Shown here: positions 34,820 to 35,873 of the stretch, piece by piece | Numbering within the stretch: position 1 is the first letter of the stretch | Layout: each line of letters begins with the position of its first letter | Assembly: GCF_001194135.2 (NCBI RefSeq) | Contig: NC_069007.1 | Location: forward strand, 13,428,642 to 13,464,514 | Length of the DNA stretch: 35,873 bases | Direction: 5' to 3' | DNA from: Octopus bimaculoides | Lineage: Eukaryota | The notes under the pieces: generated by a model | The model's input: only the letters and a program-made list of their open reading frames with translations | Databases searched by the model: none | Told to the model about the DNA's origin: nothing | Position numbers and translations under genes: made by a program

Positions 34820-35475
34820 NNNNNNNNNNNNNNNNNNNNNNNNNNNNNNNNNNNNNNNNNNNNNNNNNNNNNNNNNNNNNNNNNNNNNNNNNNNNNNNNN
34901 NNNNNNNNNNNNNNNNNNNNNNNNNNNNNNNNNNNNNNNNNNNNNNNNNNNNNNNNNNNNNNNNNNNNNNNNNNNNNNNNNNNNNNNNNNNNNNNNNNNN
35001 NNNNNNNNNNNNNNNNNNNNNNNNNNNNNNNNNNNNNNNNNNNNNNNNNNNNNNNNNNNNNNNNNNNNNNNNNNNNNNNNNNNNNNNNNNNNNNNNNNNN
35101 NNNNNNNNNNNNNNNNNNNNNNNNNNNNNNNNNNNNNNNNNNNNNNNNNNNNNNNNNNNNNNNNNNNNNNNNNNNNNNNNNNNNNNNNNNNNNNNNNNNN
35201 NNNNNNNNNNNNNNNNNNNNNNNNNNNNNNNNNNNNNNNNNNNNNNNNNNNNNNNNNNNNNNNNNNNNNNNNNNNNNNNNNNNNNNNNNNNNNNNNNNNN
35301 NNNNNNNNNNNNNNNNNNNNNNNNNNNNNNNNNNNNNNNNNNNNNNNNNNNNNNNNNNNNNNCGAAAGACGAACGAAAGCGCTATTATATGTATAAAATA
35401 AATGAAAGAAGTTATTCCAAAATTCTGACGACTTTTTTTTCAATATTTACTTCTGTACATCACACCTAACACTCT

Positions 35476-35510
<35 letters not shown>

Positions 35511-35824
35511 AATACATGTGTGTGTATGTATGCATATGTATATGGAAATATATTAATTTGTATTAGTTATATGAATGCATAGTATATACTGTGTGTGCAT
35601 GTGTGTGTGTGTGCGCGCGCAAACGCGTACATTTATAAATTTATACTTCTACATGTATATATTCAGACACCTGTGTGTGTGATCGACACTTTTACGTTCT
35701 TCTTTCTGTGGTGGTTCGGGCTGGGCGTGGCTCAGTATTCGGAATATGATGACGTCCCCGTATCCCAAGAAGTATCAATGATAATTCACACACGCACACA
35801 CACACATTATTTATATACATACCT

Positions 35825-35873
<49 letters not shown>

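Noticed and set aside
7204-35433. Other CTGANGA cores (about 7204, 15085, 16468, 17211, 18102, 30909, 32042, 33328, 35426)
   Set aside because: None has a stem II followed by GAAA, stem III, NUH and stem I.
211-35469. Most ORFs in the six-frame track (poly-X, HT/YI/CV/MY repeats)
   Set aside because: They are translations of N-gaps and di-, tri- or tetranucleotide microsatellites.

Overview
This is eukaryotic, AT-rich, microsatellite-saturated scaffold DNA with 17 N-gaps (about 7 kb). The repeat complement looks like an octopus/cephalopod genome, inferred from recalled repeat families rather than a database search: tRNA-derived SINEs, R4/Dong-type RLE LINE ends, RTE-like C2H2 tails, a Tx1/L1-like 3' end and a mariner relic. 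No intact protein-coding gene can be supported; almost all ORFs in the track are microsatellite or N artefacts. Main signals: (1) several unrelated type I hammerhead-ribozyme motifs, two with a complete catalytic core (minus 32984-33031 and 11351-11415), two variant-core copies of one family (20876-20910, 28636-28671), and a permuted element whose ends fall at a putative GUA cleavage site; (2) a 35-bp G.U-rich minus-strand hairpin covering both splice sites of a candidate 85-nt exon; (3) further long foldbacks, one pre-miRNA-sized; (4) a triple-C2H2 RTE-like tail nested in a (TACA)n-associated RLE retrotransposon; (5) a decayed LRR-gene fragment split by a SINE.
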